A model generated the notes under the pieces. The model saw only the letters and a list, made by a program, of their open reading frames with translations. It had not been told where the DNA came from and did not search any database. DNA of 64,000 bases, taken from assembly GCA_951804945.1 (NCBI GenBank), contig OX638153.1, positions 58,838,001 through 58,902,000 of the forward strand. The letters run 5' to 3'. Shown here piece by piece: positions 40,076 to 53,100 of this stretch. Position numbers and translations under genes: made by a program. The DNA comes from Podarcis cretensis. Its lineage: Eukaryota. Each line of letters starts with the position of its first letter. Position 1 is the first letter of the stretch.

Positions 40076-41108
40076 TGGTGATTTTGCCTACACAGAGATG
40101 ATGCCCATAAAGGAAAAGCTGTGTATATCATTACTTATTTTTTAAGTCTGACACAAGTATTAATGTTGATGTGAATATATGATTTGGGAAGTTGACATGC
40201 AGAAGGAGACTTCCTCTTCTAAATTATTGTTTCTGTACAAAACCCAGTATTTTAGCCTAACAAAGTCTTGAATCCTAGGACATCTGAGCAGTGATGTCTT
40301 CATCTAGCATTTAATTTCTTTTAGTAATACAGAGTGTAACTCAGAATCAATTCAGTCAACAATTTTATTAACTTACTTCAACAGCAGAGCAGCACTAGTC
40401 AGACAGTCCAGGTGGGAAAGGGACAGGCTTAGAAGAATCAAGTGCTCACAACAATGTTCATGTTAACTCACTCTAAATGCCCAGACAGTTGAGAATTACA
40501 GGTGTTGTCACTGTGAATGGCACCTCTGAAGTCGTGCTGGACAGACATCAGCATAGCTTGGTGCTTTCAAAGACTCCACAACTATCTTTGGAAGACTGGC
40601 TTCAACATGTAGGGAGTCTATGATTGCTTTTGCCTCTTCATGGCTGAAGTGCTAGAGGCAAATCCCCAATGCTGGTGGATGGGGAGGAAGTGTGCTGGCA
40701 TCATGCCTGTTCCCCTGCCCCCACTTCCAACTTGACAGATGAAAAATGCAGTGAGAATTCACACCTCTTCCTCAGTGAAGAGGGCCAGGAGGAAGGAGGA
40801 GATCATGGTTCTTTGCCTTCTTTTCCTTTTGTGAAGTACAGAGGAAAAACGATTTCTGGAATGAAACACGTGTCTGGTCCGTCGCTTCTGTCTTCTGACC
40901 TCAGAGGGGAGGAAAAAGGATGTTTCTCACTTCTCTCCTTCTCAACCATTTTAAACGATAGCCAAGAGTAATTTCTTCAGCCCATTAGGTTAGGTTTAAA
41001 ACTTTCACTGCTGTAGGCAATGTTGAACTGTTTATAGTGTTTGGCCACTGTCAAAGGGTTGAGAAAATGATGATGCAACAAGTAGGAGTATTAGAAGGAG
41101 ATCCTGTA

Positions 41109-41324
41109 CAGTCGCACCTTGTTACATCAGTCTCCGGTTGCATTTTTTCAGGATACGAACGCGGCAAACCTGGAAGTGTATACTTCCGGGTTTCACCGTG
41201 CGCACATGTGCATAAGTGCTCTGCGCGTCTCATGCATGCACAGAAGTGGCACTCTAGCTGCGGACTTTTCGGGGTGCAAACAGCACCCTGGAACGGATCG
41301 AGTCCGTAACTAGAGGTACCACTG
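41109..41324. mobile_element. Tc1/mariner (Tigger/pogo-like) MITE
   Basis: TA TSD, ends cagtcgcacct ... gaggtaccactg, and internal palindrome aaacctggaagtgtatacttccgggttt. Confidence 0.8.
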
Positions 41325-42937
41325 TATAAAGCTTCTTAACATGCTGATACAAAGGGGGCACTGGCCACAACTGCTTAGGTGATGAAATACAGTAATGGCA
41401 CTGAGTAGCCAAAGGCTTCTGAGCCTAAAGATTCCAAAGGCAGTGTTGATGAAGAGTTCAAGAAGCGCTACAAGGCTGATGCCTTCACAGTGTTGACAAA
41501 CTAGGCAATGACAAGGACGGGCCAATTCAGAGAATTTGGAAGGGGTGGAAGAAGTCATGACACATTTGGTTTAGCAATACCCTATCCGTACAGAGTTGGA
41601 GGTGGGGAAGAGAATGGGAACAACAACTTACAGAACTACCAAATGATGAGAGATCCCTTTCTGCTGCTGCTCACTATGTGGTCATAAAGAAACTGAGCCA
41701 AAAGGTGTTGGTCAAACTCCCTCACTCCATGTAAAGAACACCAAATACCTGGGTAAAGAAGAGAGTGGTGGCAACTCTAATCTTCCAGAACTTTCTAGAA
41801 TGTCCCACTTATAGACTGCACAGGCAGGTTTCCATATTTGGGATTGCACGGAATCCACAGTGCACAGCATGACCTACTTTATATTCCTGTATAACCTCCT
41901 GGAAAAGTAACTGCAGCAATTGTGACAGAGAAGCAGCAAGAGAGTTGTTTCATGCTGATAAAATAAAGCCCACGTCATGTCAAACTGCCTCCTCTGCACC
42001 AAAACGCATGATACCTGGAGCGTGGGTCAGAAAAGCCTGAGAGCTAAAAAAAATATATGTTTTTTTTTAACTCTTCCTCTATGGGACAGCTATCTGTCCA
42101 TCTAACGATTCAATCCTCTTTTCCACGTTGGCACTGAAACTAGATAGTGGAAAATGTTATGGGGTCAAAAAGGATTGTCAATTCTCCTCTTAGCCAGATT
42201 CTGGGTGCTTATAAAAAGCCCTAAGCAACTTGGGACCCCATATTCAAAAGAAATATTAATCTGCTTGGGCATTAAGACTTATAGAGAAGTCAGTCTTTGT
42301 GATTCCACCTGCAAATTGCATTTACAGGTGACAGTGCAGGAGAAGACCTTTTATTTGATGGTCCCCCACTTGTGGAAAGCTAGATCTCTCTTCTGAGGTG
42401 CATCTTGTGCTGGTGCTATTGGTGTCCTCTCGATAGATGAGGATGCACATCTTTGCCCGGGACCTTTGGGTGTGGTTAGCTTTTACTACCAGGGGTTGTG
42501 ACGTCTGAAACTGTTTGCCTGCTTCCGTGAAAGGTTCTTCACAGTTTAATGATTGGTTTAAAAATATCATGTGCACACAAATGTTACAAATCTTATTTAT
42601 TGTTCTATGTATGCATTGCTATGGATTTGCATAGTATCCCCTAAAAGTCCTGGGTACCAGATATTCCCCCCAGTAGTTTCTAATTTGTGAATGCAGATCA
42701 CTAAATGCTCAATGTCCTCACCCAGGTGCAAGACAGTTTAGCAGTGTAAAAATGCAGGCTGAATCAGTTTCTTGGCCAGGAATTGGCTGGAGAGAAGAAC
42801 TACCATGTGGTACAAAGGAAGGTAAGGGACAATTGACACAGTTACTTTGTGCTGGGCAGCAGAGGAGTGTGAGCTCCTCGTCCCATGAGCAGAGACGTCA
42901 GGTTTAGGAAGGGACAAACATTTCAGCTAAGCTGATA

Positions 42938-43282
42938 CAGTGGTGCCCCGCAAGACGAACGCCTCGCAAGACGGAAAACCCGCTAGACGAAAGGGTTTTC
43001 CGTTTTGGAGGCGCTTCGCAAAACGAATTTCCCTATGGGCTTGCTTCGCAAGACGAAAATGTCTTGCGAGTTCCTGCGGGGTTTTTTCCTCCCCCCCCCT
43101 TTTCTAAGCCGCTAAGCCGCTTATCAGCTGATCCGCTAAGCCGATAAGCCGCTAAAAGCCGCTAAAAGCCGCTAATAGCGCTAATCCGCTAAGCCGTCAA
43201 TGGGCTTGCTTCACAAGACGAAAAAACCGCTAGACGAAGAGACTCGTGGAACGGATTAATTTCGTCTTGCGAGGCACCACTG
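42938..43282. mobile_element. young Tc1/mariner (Tigger/pogo-like) MITE with internal minisatellite
   Basis: 22-bp TIRs CAGTGGTGCCCCGCAAGACGAA / TTCGTCTTGCGAGGCACCACTG (1 mismatch), TA TSD, and internal (CTAAGCCG)n at ~43104-43196. Confidence 0.93.
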
Positions 43283-44053
43283 TAGTAGTTTGGCACATTA
43301 TCCACAATGTGTGGGAGACCACTGAGGCAAAATCAGGGCTGTTCAGAATACCATACCTGTCTGACTCTTTTCTTTTAAAACACACACTCAGATGGCACAA
43401 AGGAAAAGAATGGTCTAGAACACTGGCTGTGAATGTGCAAGTGATCTGATCTTTCATACAGGGATGGATATATCCTAGTCAAACAGCATACCTTGGGAAA
43501 CTAGAAAGCAGGGCAGGGTAAAAGCTGGGAGGTAGCTCTGTCATCTGTTAAATGAAGAATCAGAGCCTACTTTTGAATAAGAATTAAGAAGCTGTAGGAA
43601 GTCCTCTAGATCTGGAACTTTTTGGCATGGAGGATGTAGTGACAGATTCTGTCGTCCCATACCAAATTCCCTTTAAGGGGGGGAAATAGAAACTTTAATT
43701 ATTTCAGGGGAATGGAACTACGTATCTGTGAGACCATCTGCCTCTTTGTCAAGAAGATAAACTATTGCCTTGCTTATGGGGGGGGAGCTTTGTTTTATTT
43801 TGATTGTTTGCTTGCTTCACTGGAGCAAAGCATTCAGAAGCTGCTACTGGTGGCAAGAGGAATGGTTGCCAGGCAATCATATGGTACGTTCAACATAGAC
43901 CCTTATCTGCCCATCTTCAGAAGAGGGATAGAACCATATACCTGACCATCTTGCTGACTTTCAGATTCCAAGTACTGTTAAAAGAAACCAACACGCTTCC
44001 AAATTTTTTTAAAGCTATTGGTATAAAACTAAATACATCAGGTATTGGGTATT

Positions 44054-44419
44054 GGGACGCAGGTGGCGCTGTGGGTTAAAGCCTCAGCGCCTAGGACTTG
44101 CCGATCGAAAGGTTGGCGGTTCGAATGCCTGCGGCGGGGTGCGCTCCCGCTGCTCGGTCCCAGCGCCTGCCAACCTAGCAGTTCGAAAGCACCTCCGGGT
44201 GCAAGTAGATAAATAGGGACCGCTTACCAGCGGGAAGGTAAACGGCGTTTCCGTGTGCGGCTCTGGCTCTGGCCAGAGCAGCGATGTCACGCTGGCCACG
44301 TGACCCGGAAGTGTCTCTGGACAGCGCTGGCCCCTGGCCTCTTGAGTGAGATGGGCGCACAACCCCAGAGTCTGTCAAGACTGGCCCGTATGGGCAGGGG
44401 TACCTTTACCTTTACCTTT
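44054..44419 (+). mobile_element. Sauria SINE, young full-length copy
   Basis: Near-identical to the 34971 copy. 12-bp TSD taaatacatcag (44030-44041 / 44419-44430). Confidence 0.96.
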
Positions 44420-47136
44420 AAATACATCAGAGATCAAAAGTATTTTATTTGTGAAGTTGAGGGACAACCAATTTTGTTTGCAACAGTCCAGCTTTTAAGA
44501 CACTTGACCCACGTTGGTTCTGCCTGACAGGTGGCTCTTAACCAGGGGATGAATCAGGCAAGGTAGCAATGGCACCTAGGAGACAGCAGCCTAGCAGCCT
44601 TTCCCCAGCCTGCGTATTGGGAAATTGTAAGGAAGGACATGACTCCCCACCAGAGGAGAACCAAGGGCTAGAAAAACTGGGTAATCTTAAAGTGACAGGC
44701 TGGCATAGGGCATATTTTCTTCCTTACTTTGGTCTGGGTACCATGGGCCTCTAATTAGCAAAGACAGGGAAGAGAACATGGTAAGAAAAAGAAGCTCTGT
44801 AAAGATCTTGAACCCTATTAAGAAAATAGGGCCATCCCTCATCCTAGTGTCCAGAATTCACCTTTCACCAGGAAGAGGTACAGCAGGTGAAAACTATCTT
44901 CCTCTACCTCAAGGAGAAGAGAGGAATGTCAGTATAATGGTCCATTTGTTTGGCACCTGCATACCACCTTTCTGACTTGCCCTGCTCTCTTTAAACTAAA
45001 AATTTGGTTGCTCTCCATATAGTTATTTATTTATACATTTTTTATACCCACCATTTCCCTTGACGGGACTCAATACAGCTATTTCAATTTAACAAAATAG
45101 TGGCCCTTTTTTGCACCTAGTTCTCCATTAATTTGGCATTATTCAATCTCCTAGCTCTCCAGGACAGATACAACACAGAACAGTGACACATCTCAGCCGA
45201 GATATGCAGGATTCCCTTCATGTGGAATGAAAAGCATCCCTTTGGGCACCTAGGGGCTGACAGTCTTTGCCGGCTAACACTTTGAACTGAATTCACAGTA
45301 TCTGAAGGTGAGAGGCAAACCAACCACCAAAGCAGTGTTCATTCTCCTGCTTTTACATTGTCTCCCTACAGACACTGCACCTTTTTGCCTCACAAGCATT
45401 TGTTCTGATGCTCCAGGAGACGTAGTGGTTGATCTGCTTCCCCCTCCTAGGAAGCAAATAAAAATCAGATGACCTAGTTTGCCACCATGGGGAATAGATG
45501 GCACCTACACAGCGCAGATAATCCAGGGGAAAGCAACGGGCGGGCAGGCAGTGTCAGGAGGGCAGCTTACATAGCACTTGCATGTCATGCTACTGAAGTC
45601 AATGCCTGAAAGCAGTCAGTGCTTATTGTCCCCTTGGTTTCAGGAAAACTGGGGGGGGGGGGGGGATACAGATAATCAAATGCTTACAAAAGCTAACAAG
45701 CGACAGCTCCTTCTTTAATATCAGATGCAAAAAGTTGTAATTTAATCTATTTTAAACGCAGGCTCTTTTGATTGTTCTTCAGTGGCACTTTAACCAACTG
45801 GAGCAGATGGTTAATGGTAGGGCTAATCAACAGCATCACTTTGAACTTGACAACATCCTCCATCACAAAAATCTCAGTGAGCTTCACAAGTCCCAACACA
45901 TTAAGCCTCAGTGTTAAGAAAGCCACAAGTACCCCCTGCTCCAACTGATGGAATTAAATTATGGAAGTTATTAGGCATTTCTCTACAAGCAAACGCAGAG
46001 ATAATAAAAAATAGAACTAATGAGTGTGCTCTGAGCACTAGCCTGTAACCCAGTGAATTTGGATTATAAATAGAAAATAGGTTAATAATCTGCTATGCTA
46101 CTCTTGAGTTGATGCTTTGGGAGCAGCAGTTTTACTATCACTGAACCTACCCTATCACAGAGGTTCATGGCAAGTTTCAATATACCAAAACAGTAAACAA
46201 AGCCATCTCTGAAAGAGTACCTAAAATTAGACACATCATACAACACTTTGAAAGCTGTTCAAAATAGCAGCCTTGTCTCTCAAAATGTTTCTGCCTGCAT
46301 CCTCATGCAGACTTAAGATAGCACACCCTATTGTACGGGACAGCTAGGAACAAATATGCTTGGTAAACTCAGCTTGCTATTCTGACACCGAGACAGGCAT
46401 TCCATGCTGGATGTTTGGTGCTGCATAGCAGGATGTCTTAACTCTTGACCTCTATATCTGTACAATAAAAAACACCTGGTGTGAGAGGATCCCTAGTATC
46501 CCAACCACTGTCTTTTAACTGCACATTAGAAACACAGAATCTGAACATCCTTAGCAGCAAAAAGATCCTCATTGATTAGTCCCCCCGCCCTGCCGCCATG
46601 TAGCAGAAAGTGCTTTCTGACCCCAAGTGCTTGGATGGGACAAGGAGTGTCTATAAAACAAGAAATTAATTGGTTCAAGTTAATTAACTGAAGTAACATC
46701 GAAGTTAATTATTTGAAATAACTAGATTACCAACAAGCAACAGCCCTTAAAATAATTAGCAGTAAAATGGTAAAGATTTGTTTAAGAATATCCCAGCATA
46801 CAGGATTTGTGGGCCAGGAGTTGGAGTACAGTAGAAACAAGCAAACCACACCAAAAAAAAAAAAAAATAGATAGGAAAAAATATAGGGTGGAATCCAACA
46901 TAGCACTAAGGCAATTGTTGCATCAATGCAAGGACTATTGCTTGTGCAACGGAACGTTCTCCCACCTCCCCTTCCCTCCCCCTGCATGCTTCTTAAATTT
47001 GAGGAGGGTGTGCACAGGAAGTGGAGAGGGAGGGAAGTTTCACTGTGCAAGCAGAAATTCTTGTGTTCACTTTGATGCATTAGTAGCTTACCTCCTATAG
47101 TTTCTAAATTCAAATTTAATCTATACCTAGGATATA

Positions 47137-47720
47137 GTCATTGCCATGAACTGGCTGGAGAAAGAGGAATGCTGGAAGGAACCAGCTGGAGAAGGCTCAA
47201 AGCCCAGGGAGTGGTGGTGGGACAACGATGAGTAGTCAGAGGGAGAAGACTGGGAAGAGGAGGTGTTAGAAGCTGAAGAGGTAACAGGACTTAGTGAGCT
47301 GGGAAAGTCTGTGGCAGAGAGAAGTCCAGAATCAGAGGCAGAAGTTGAAGCAGGACAGTAGGATGAAGGAGGCCAAGAGGCAGAAATGAGTCAGGCTGAC
47401 GAAGAGTCACAGGTGTCTCCTCTTCCTGCTGCAGCAAGCTCCCTTCCCCACTTGTCTCCCAGAACCAGAAGAGATATGAAAACTTTGGAGGAGAGCTTGA
47501 CTGCATGCAGGTGCGGTCTTTGATTGCATGGCAAAAGCCCTGGTGAGGAGGAAGGGACTTTTAGTCTTGCTGATTTTCATGGAGGAAGACCATTGGGAAT
47601 GAGCTACTCTGCTCATTAGGCCTGACACACAACCAAGTCTGTGGAGGTCATGTTTTTGCTAATAGAAAGTTAACTCCATCTTTGAACTGTGTTATTACTG
47701 ACTAGCACACTCCTGTGACA
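47137..47720 (+). mobile_element. probable solo LTR
   Basis: ~580 bp purine-rich block starting (a)gtca and ending tgtgaca, with a degenerate polyA signal (aatagaaag) near the 3' end. No clean TSD. Confidence 0.5.
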
Positions 47721-47795
47721 GTGAACTACTAAACACCTATAGCACAGGAAATGTATTCTTGCCTAGCCAGTTTATTGGGATGATGCACCTAGTAC

Positions 47796-47831
47796 CTACA
47801 CTTGATCTTAGCCAAAAGGCCGAGAAGCGAT
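47796..47831 (-). pseudogene. RNU2: U2 snRNA 5' fragment (nt 1-36) retrocopy
   Basis: Reverse complement reads ATCGCTTCTCGGCCTTTTGGCTAAGATCAAGTGTAG, identical to the conserved vertebrate U2 5' end. Confidence 0.97.
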
Positions 47832-48181
47832 GGCGCTGTGGGTTAAAGCCTCAGCGCCTAGGGCTTGCCGATCGAAAGGTCGGCGGTTCGAATCCCTGCG
47901 GCGGGGTGCGCTCCCGCTGCTCGGTCCCAGCGCCTGCCAACCTAGCAGTTCGAAAGCACCTCCGGGTGCAAGTAGATAAATAGGGACCGCTTACCAGCGG
48001 GAAGGTAAACAGCGTTTCCGTGTGCAGCTCTGGCTCGCCAGATGCAGCTTTGTCACGCTGGCCACGTGACCCGGAAGTGTCTCCGGACAGCGCTGGCCCC
48101 TGGCCTCTTAAGTGAGATGGGCACACAACCCCAGAGTCTGTCAAGACTGGCCCGTACGGGCAGGGGTACCTTTACCTTTTT
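47832..48181 (+). mobile_element. Sauria SINE, young, ~11 nt 5'-truncated and fused to inverted U2 fragment
   Basis: Near-identical to the 34971 and 44054 copies. The TSD acctagtaccta (47787-47798 / 48182-48193) encloses both U2 and SINE. Confidence 0.96.
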
Positions 48182-49177
48182 ACCTAGTACCTAATGCCCT
48201 AGCCTCAACAGGCCTCCCTGCTGAGCTAGTTTCCTGGTGGGAAGCCAGTACCTGCAGACATGCATGAAATCCAAAATGATGCTCCTGCCAAGCTAGTCTA
48301 TTGGTGAGATGCACCTGAAGCTGCTCTGTTCTCAAACGATGCCCACACACCAATTGCCAAGAAGGCTAAGGAGCACAGACAGTCCAGATGAACTAAAGGT
48401 GGTGGAATACCTGGAACCAGAGAGCAGGGCTGAATAGCTCACTATGGAGCAGTGAGGAAACAAGGAGAGGGGTGTGGCTGAAAGACCACTTTAAACATTT
48501 CCACCTTTGGAAGAGGTGACTGGGAACTGTTGTGCTCTGTGTCACTAGACAAATCTCAAAAGGAGAAACTGCTGCTAACTACCCTCCAAGACCCTTTCTG
48601 AGGATCTCAGGACTCCTCATCATCACTCCTAAAATAAACCCCACATACACCCCAGGGAACCACACCGGGATGGTGGGTGGAGGAGGAAGAAGAACAAACA
48701 CTTAATGGGGTTGAATGAGAAGAAGAAAGGGGCTGGAAAGAAACTAATGAAGAAGAAAATTAATGTTTCACGGCAGGAAACAGAATGAGAACATGGAAAG
48801 GAAGGAACACACTCAACCAAACTGGATAAAAAAAGAGTTTAGAAAAAATTGGAAAACACACACACCATATAGTCAGAAGATAAACTGCTATATAGAGCCA
48901 TTCAACCCACCACCTAGACCACCCACAAACTGGGTTGGCTTGGTGGGCAGAATGGCTCCTCCCTTTGGAGATGAGGCAGAAGACCTAGTTGGACCCTGCA
49001 TGTCACATCTGGTGACAAGTGTCACCCCATCAGAGGAATGTCTTCCATCCTGATCTTGCAAAAATTGTAATCTCCTCATTGAGCTGATTATAATGGGCAA
49101 AGTTAACCTAATGTGTCCCATCAGTGAAAGTCTTGTGCAAGGACTTCTGCTTTTGCACCCTCTCCAGTGTGCACACA

Positions 49178-49430
49178 GAGCCAGTGTGGTGTAGTGGTTA
49201 AGAGTGGTAGTCTAGTAATCTGGGGAACCGGGTTCGCGTCTCCGCTCCTCCACATGCAGCTGCTGGGTGACCTTGGGCCAGTCACACTTCTTTGAAGTCT
49301 CTCAGCCCCACTCACCTCACAGAGTGTTTGTTGTGGGGGAGGAAGGGAAAGGAGAATGTTGGCCGCTTTGAGACTCCTTAGGGTAGTGATAAAACGGGAT
49401 ATCAAATCCAAACTCTTCTTCTTCTTCTTC
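49178..49430 (+). mobile_element. Squam3-like tRNA-derived SINE with (CTT)n tail
   Basis: A box tggtgtagtgg, B box-like gggttcgcgtctc, CORE-like gtgaccttgggccagtcac, L2-like 3' end and (CTT)5 tail. Confidence 0.85.
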
Positions 49431-50149
49431 CTCCGTCACCATGTACCTTGAATGTGGCTCAGGGGCAGTGAGAAATCCAAGAATAGCACACAGCGGTAGG
49501 AGAGGGGGGATTGCTTCATCTGGCAAGCTGCAATGCTTGCACAGATGGAACATTTGGAGGAGCGTGACATTGAATTCCACCCATCACATATGTACTCAGG
49601 GAAACCTGACAGATATTTTGGAAATTTAATTGTTTGCAGTAACTGAATACAATTAATTTTAATTCAAGTAATTAAAAAAAATTAATTTACCTTGGCATCT
49701 TGGCTATCTCAGACAGAAACCTGTAATGTGTGTTCCCCTTTAGTTATCAAAAAGAAATATTTTTTGCTTCTGAACTATGAAGAAGTTGCACTTGAAGATC
49801 TTTCCTAAACTGTCAAGCTAAGTCCTGTACATAGATACAAGTGAGTCTGATAAACTCAGAAAACATCGTTGCCAAAGTATACTTGCTGCCCTGAAAAGCC
49901 TTGATTCTTCCATGTAATTAAAATATAACTAAATTAGAAAATGCATTTATGAAATGGCTGAAAAACCAGGGGAAGGAGGGATCAACTCTCCTGGACGATA
50001 AACTGCCCCTGGTATATGGCAAGCCAATCCTGTCTCCAATGTGGCTTTTCTGCCCATTCCATCCTGCTCCAGTGACATTTGTTTTATTGCAACCAATACA
50101 TTAAATTTAATGGAAGCCACTAAAAGGCACTAAAGCAATTGCTCTGAGG

Positions 50150-50151
<2 letters not shown>

Positions 50152-50190
<39 letters not shown>
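50152..50190 (+). repeat. (CT)n microsatellite
   Basis: Read directly. Confidence 0.97.
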
Positions 50191-50193
<3 letters not shown>

Positions 50194-53100
50194 GTTAAGC
50201 AGGGATATTTTTGGGACACAATTAATGTTGTCATATGCATGCTCTAAAGATGTCACAAGGTATTACATAACTCATGTGTGCTACTCGAACAGTAAACTAG
50301 CACAATGCGTACTAGAAGTAAGAAAACCACCACTTCAGCAAGCTGATATCATCCATGAGCTTGGAATTCAAGCCCCAGAAAACAAAGGTTAAAATTCCGA
50401 AGTACACTTCATACTTAAATGAAAGCTGGACATTTATGAAATTCTGGTGGTTATTTTGGTGTGTATGAAAGAGCCTGTTAACAATGAGGACCATTTCAGA
50501 TCTTTCTTGTATAAGTTTTGGAGTACTAAATACACATGCACAAAGACATTTATGGATATATGACCTGACCATGAAACAAATTAACAGTGGCTTGAAAAAG
50601 CTTGAACATATTCTTTCCTGCTCAAAATACCAAGAACAGCCACTTAAAGCAACTACTATATTAATTTATTTGTAGCTGGGGACTCAGTACATACCCAGAT
50701 GTAAAGAGAACAGAGCACAGCACTTAGGATCATGGTGAGGATATGTGAGCCTGCAAACAGCAACTCCTAAGTTTATTTGCTTTTTAAAACTTGTTTGAAA
50801 TAAACTGATGAAAAGCAGAGGGAGCAGAAGAAAATTTAGCTAATAGCTTTACACAAATTAGTATTACTGAGCAACAGAGCTCTTATTACATCATAACTGT
50901 AATCACTAAGGGAAGAGCTAAATGTCATGAGACAGACAATCCCAGCAAAATTACTAAAGGTTTGAATCAGGAGAACTAGATAGGAAATGCATGACAATGC
51001 AGAATAACAATGTGGAATGACAGCATGATATAGTAGTTTTGCTACAGCTGATTGAAAGAAACGGGGCACAAAGACAGAACTGGCTGAATACATCTGCCCT
51101 GACTGTGCAGCAAAAATTACAGCAGTCACTTGAAGGTTTCTACAATATGGCTTGTTCTGGTCCTTCTCTTTGGGGGAGTGACCAGCAGAGTAGCCCACAC
51201 ACTCTGAGGGTTAAACTTAATTATCCTCCCCACATCCACATCCAGTAGAGTAGAAAATGAAATGGAGGGACAAAAAATGAGCAAGTATTGAGAGGCAAAT
51301 GCATAGTGAACAATAAGAAGTACTCTACGTATTATAAAATTGGGAAAGCCTGCATGTGGACACAAACTGAGAAGCATGTTAACTAAATCACAATGCCTGG
51401 ATGCAACAATTGCTTTGTGGAGTTGCCTGCATAGCCAGGGGGTTGGGGTGGGAGTAGACTTGATCACAATGACATTCCCTAGTTTTGAATAATCATGCAA
51501 TTTACTTAATTATTTATAAGTTACAAAATTGGATTTCTTATCAGATTTTAACAAGAGATATCCTTTCAAAAAAGCATATTCAATGCTCACAACACGCTAT
51601 TGCCAAAAAATATTGCACTCTCTCACCCTCCCCCTGCTTTAGCCAATGTATTTAATATGATGTTCCAAATTATTAACTGTGTGTGCTATCTAGTCAAGCT
51701 ATTTGTTCAAAACACTGGAATATATATTTTAGCTCATTATTAGATTGGTTAAAAGCAGAAGCATTCAGAAATATTTAGCTTTAAAAAATCAAAAATAGAG
51801 CAGAATCCCATATCCAGAATGATTCCATGATTCTCACTGCAGAAGCAGATCTAAGGCCCTCTTAGGATGGACATATAGAGAAATGCTGAATCAAAGAGAG
51901 TTGTTTCTCAAAACCTTTCAAGCATCTACAAAATGCAGACCCTTCCCTCATTTTTTTTATTTTTTTGGAAGGGTCGAAGAAAAGGGGCTCAAATGTTCAC
52001 CTATTGTGTGGCGACAGTGACAGCAAAGGCTATTAACCAATGAATCCACCCCAGTCCAATGTAGCAATGACCAAGATAGCCAAGCCTGGTTGCCTTGACA
52101 ACCGGTGCAAGATCCCTCCTATCCCTAATCTCTGATATCATGGTTCATGGTGAGGGCAAAGCAACCTGCTGGAAGGAGGTGTGGGTGGTTATTGATTTGT
52201 TTCTGTTCTTGAGGGGTTTTTTTGGCCTTGTATTTTTATGTTGTAAACTGACCTGAGGACTACAGATGATGGGGGCAGTATACAAATTTAATAACTAAAA
52301 GTAGAAACGAATATATTGGCTTCATTTGCCCTCAGTGAAATCATTACTCTCACTACCTGATCTGTGATTGGCTAGGTTCATTAGTCCCAGGAAGATGTTC
52401 CAGTTTAAAAAACCAGGCAGTGAATAGCAGTGAGGAGATAGGAAGGTAAACAAAATTTGAGTGTTCACTGAACATTCCACCCCTTCTCCAAAGCTTTACC
52501 TCCATGCACAAAATTGAAGTGGCTACCATTTAGCATAGCCCTAGCCTAGACCTTCCTCCTTTGGATGCCATCCGGAGGTCCCACCTCTTTTTAATTAACT
52601 CCTCTCTATTTTGATCTTTCTGCCACTTTGGGGTAATGCTTCCATTTGAAAGAAGAAATCAAACCACTTCCCTGCTTCCTAATAATCTCTCCTCAAACTG
52701 CTCTGTGCATCAGAGCTGATTTCATTACCTGCCGCCTGCTGCTGCTGCTGGTTTTATTTAAAGCACAGGCGTGTGGTGAAGAAAGAATTCAGCATGACCT
52801 CCCTGAACTGCTGGGGGATGAATGCTCCACTGCACTGACAGGGAGAAGCTGCTTCCCTTTCTTAAAACTAGCAGACTAAGCCAAGCATGGTTGCGAAGCC
52901 TCCCACATCCAGGGCCCCCTTTTCAATTACTGCACGTGCTGAAAGGGTTTAAAAAAAGAAGTAAAAAAAGCATAGGCTGGTATAATCAACAGTGAACAGA
53001 TGAATGAGAATCTGTAAAATACAACATCATAGAACATAGTAACGGGTACAGCAACTCCTGGCAAGAAAATTAAGTTGAATAGATTGTCTGGAGCTTGGCA

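Noticed and set aside
43104-43200. CRISPR-like or telomeric array
   Set aside because: 8-10 bp units with no spacers, lying inside a TIR-bounded MITE in vertebrate DNA.
47796-47831. Functional U2 snRNA gene, or a U2-targeting element (Keno/Utopia) insertion site
   Set aside because: Only 36 nt are present, with no Sm site or 3' part. The SINE joins at U2 nt 1 rather than at the internal breakpoint, and the TSD encloses the fragment.
49178-49250. tRNA gene
   Set aside because: The A/B boxes continue into a SINE body and (CTT)n tail, with no complete cloverleaf.
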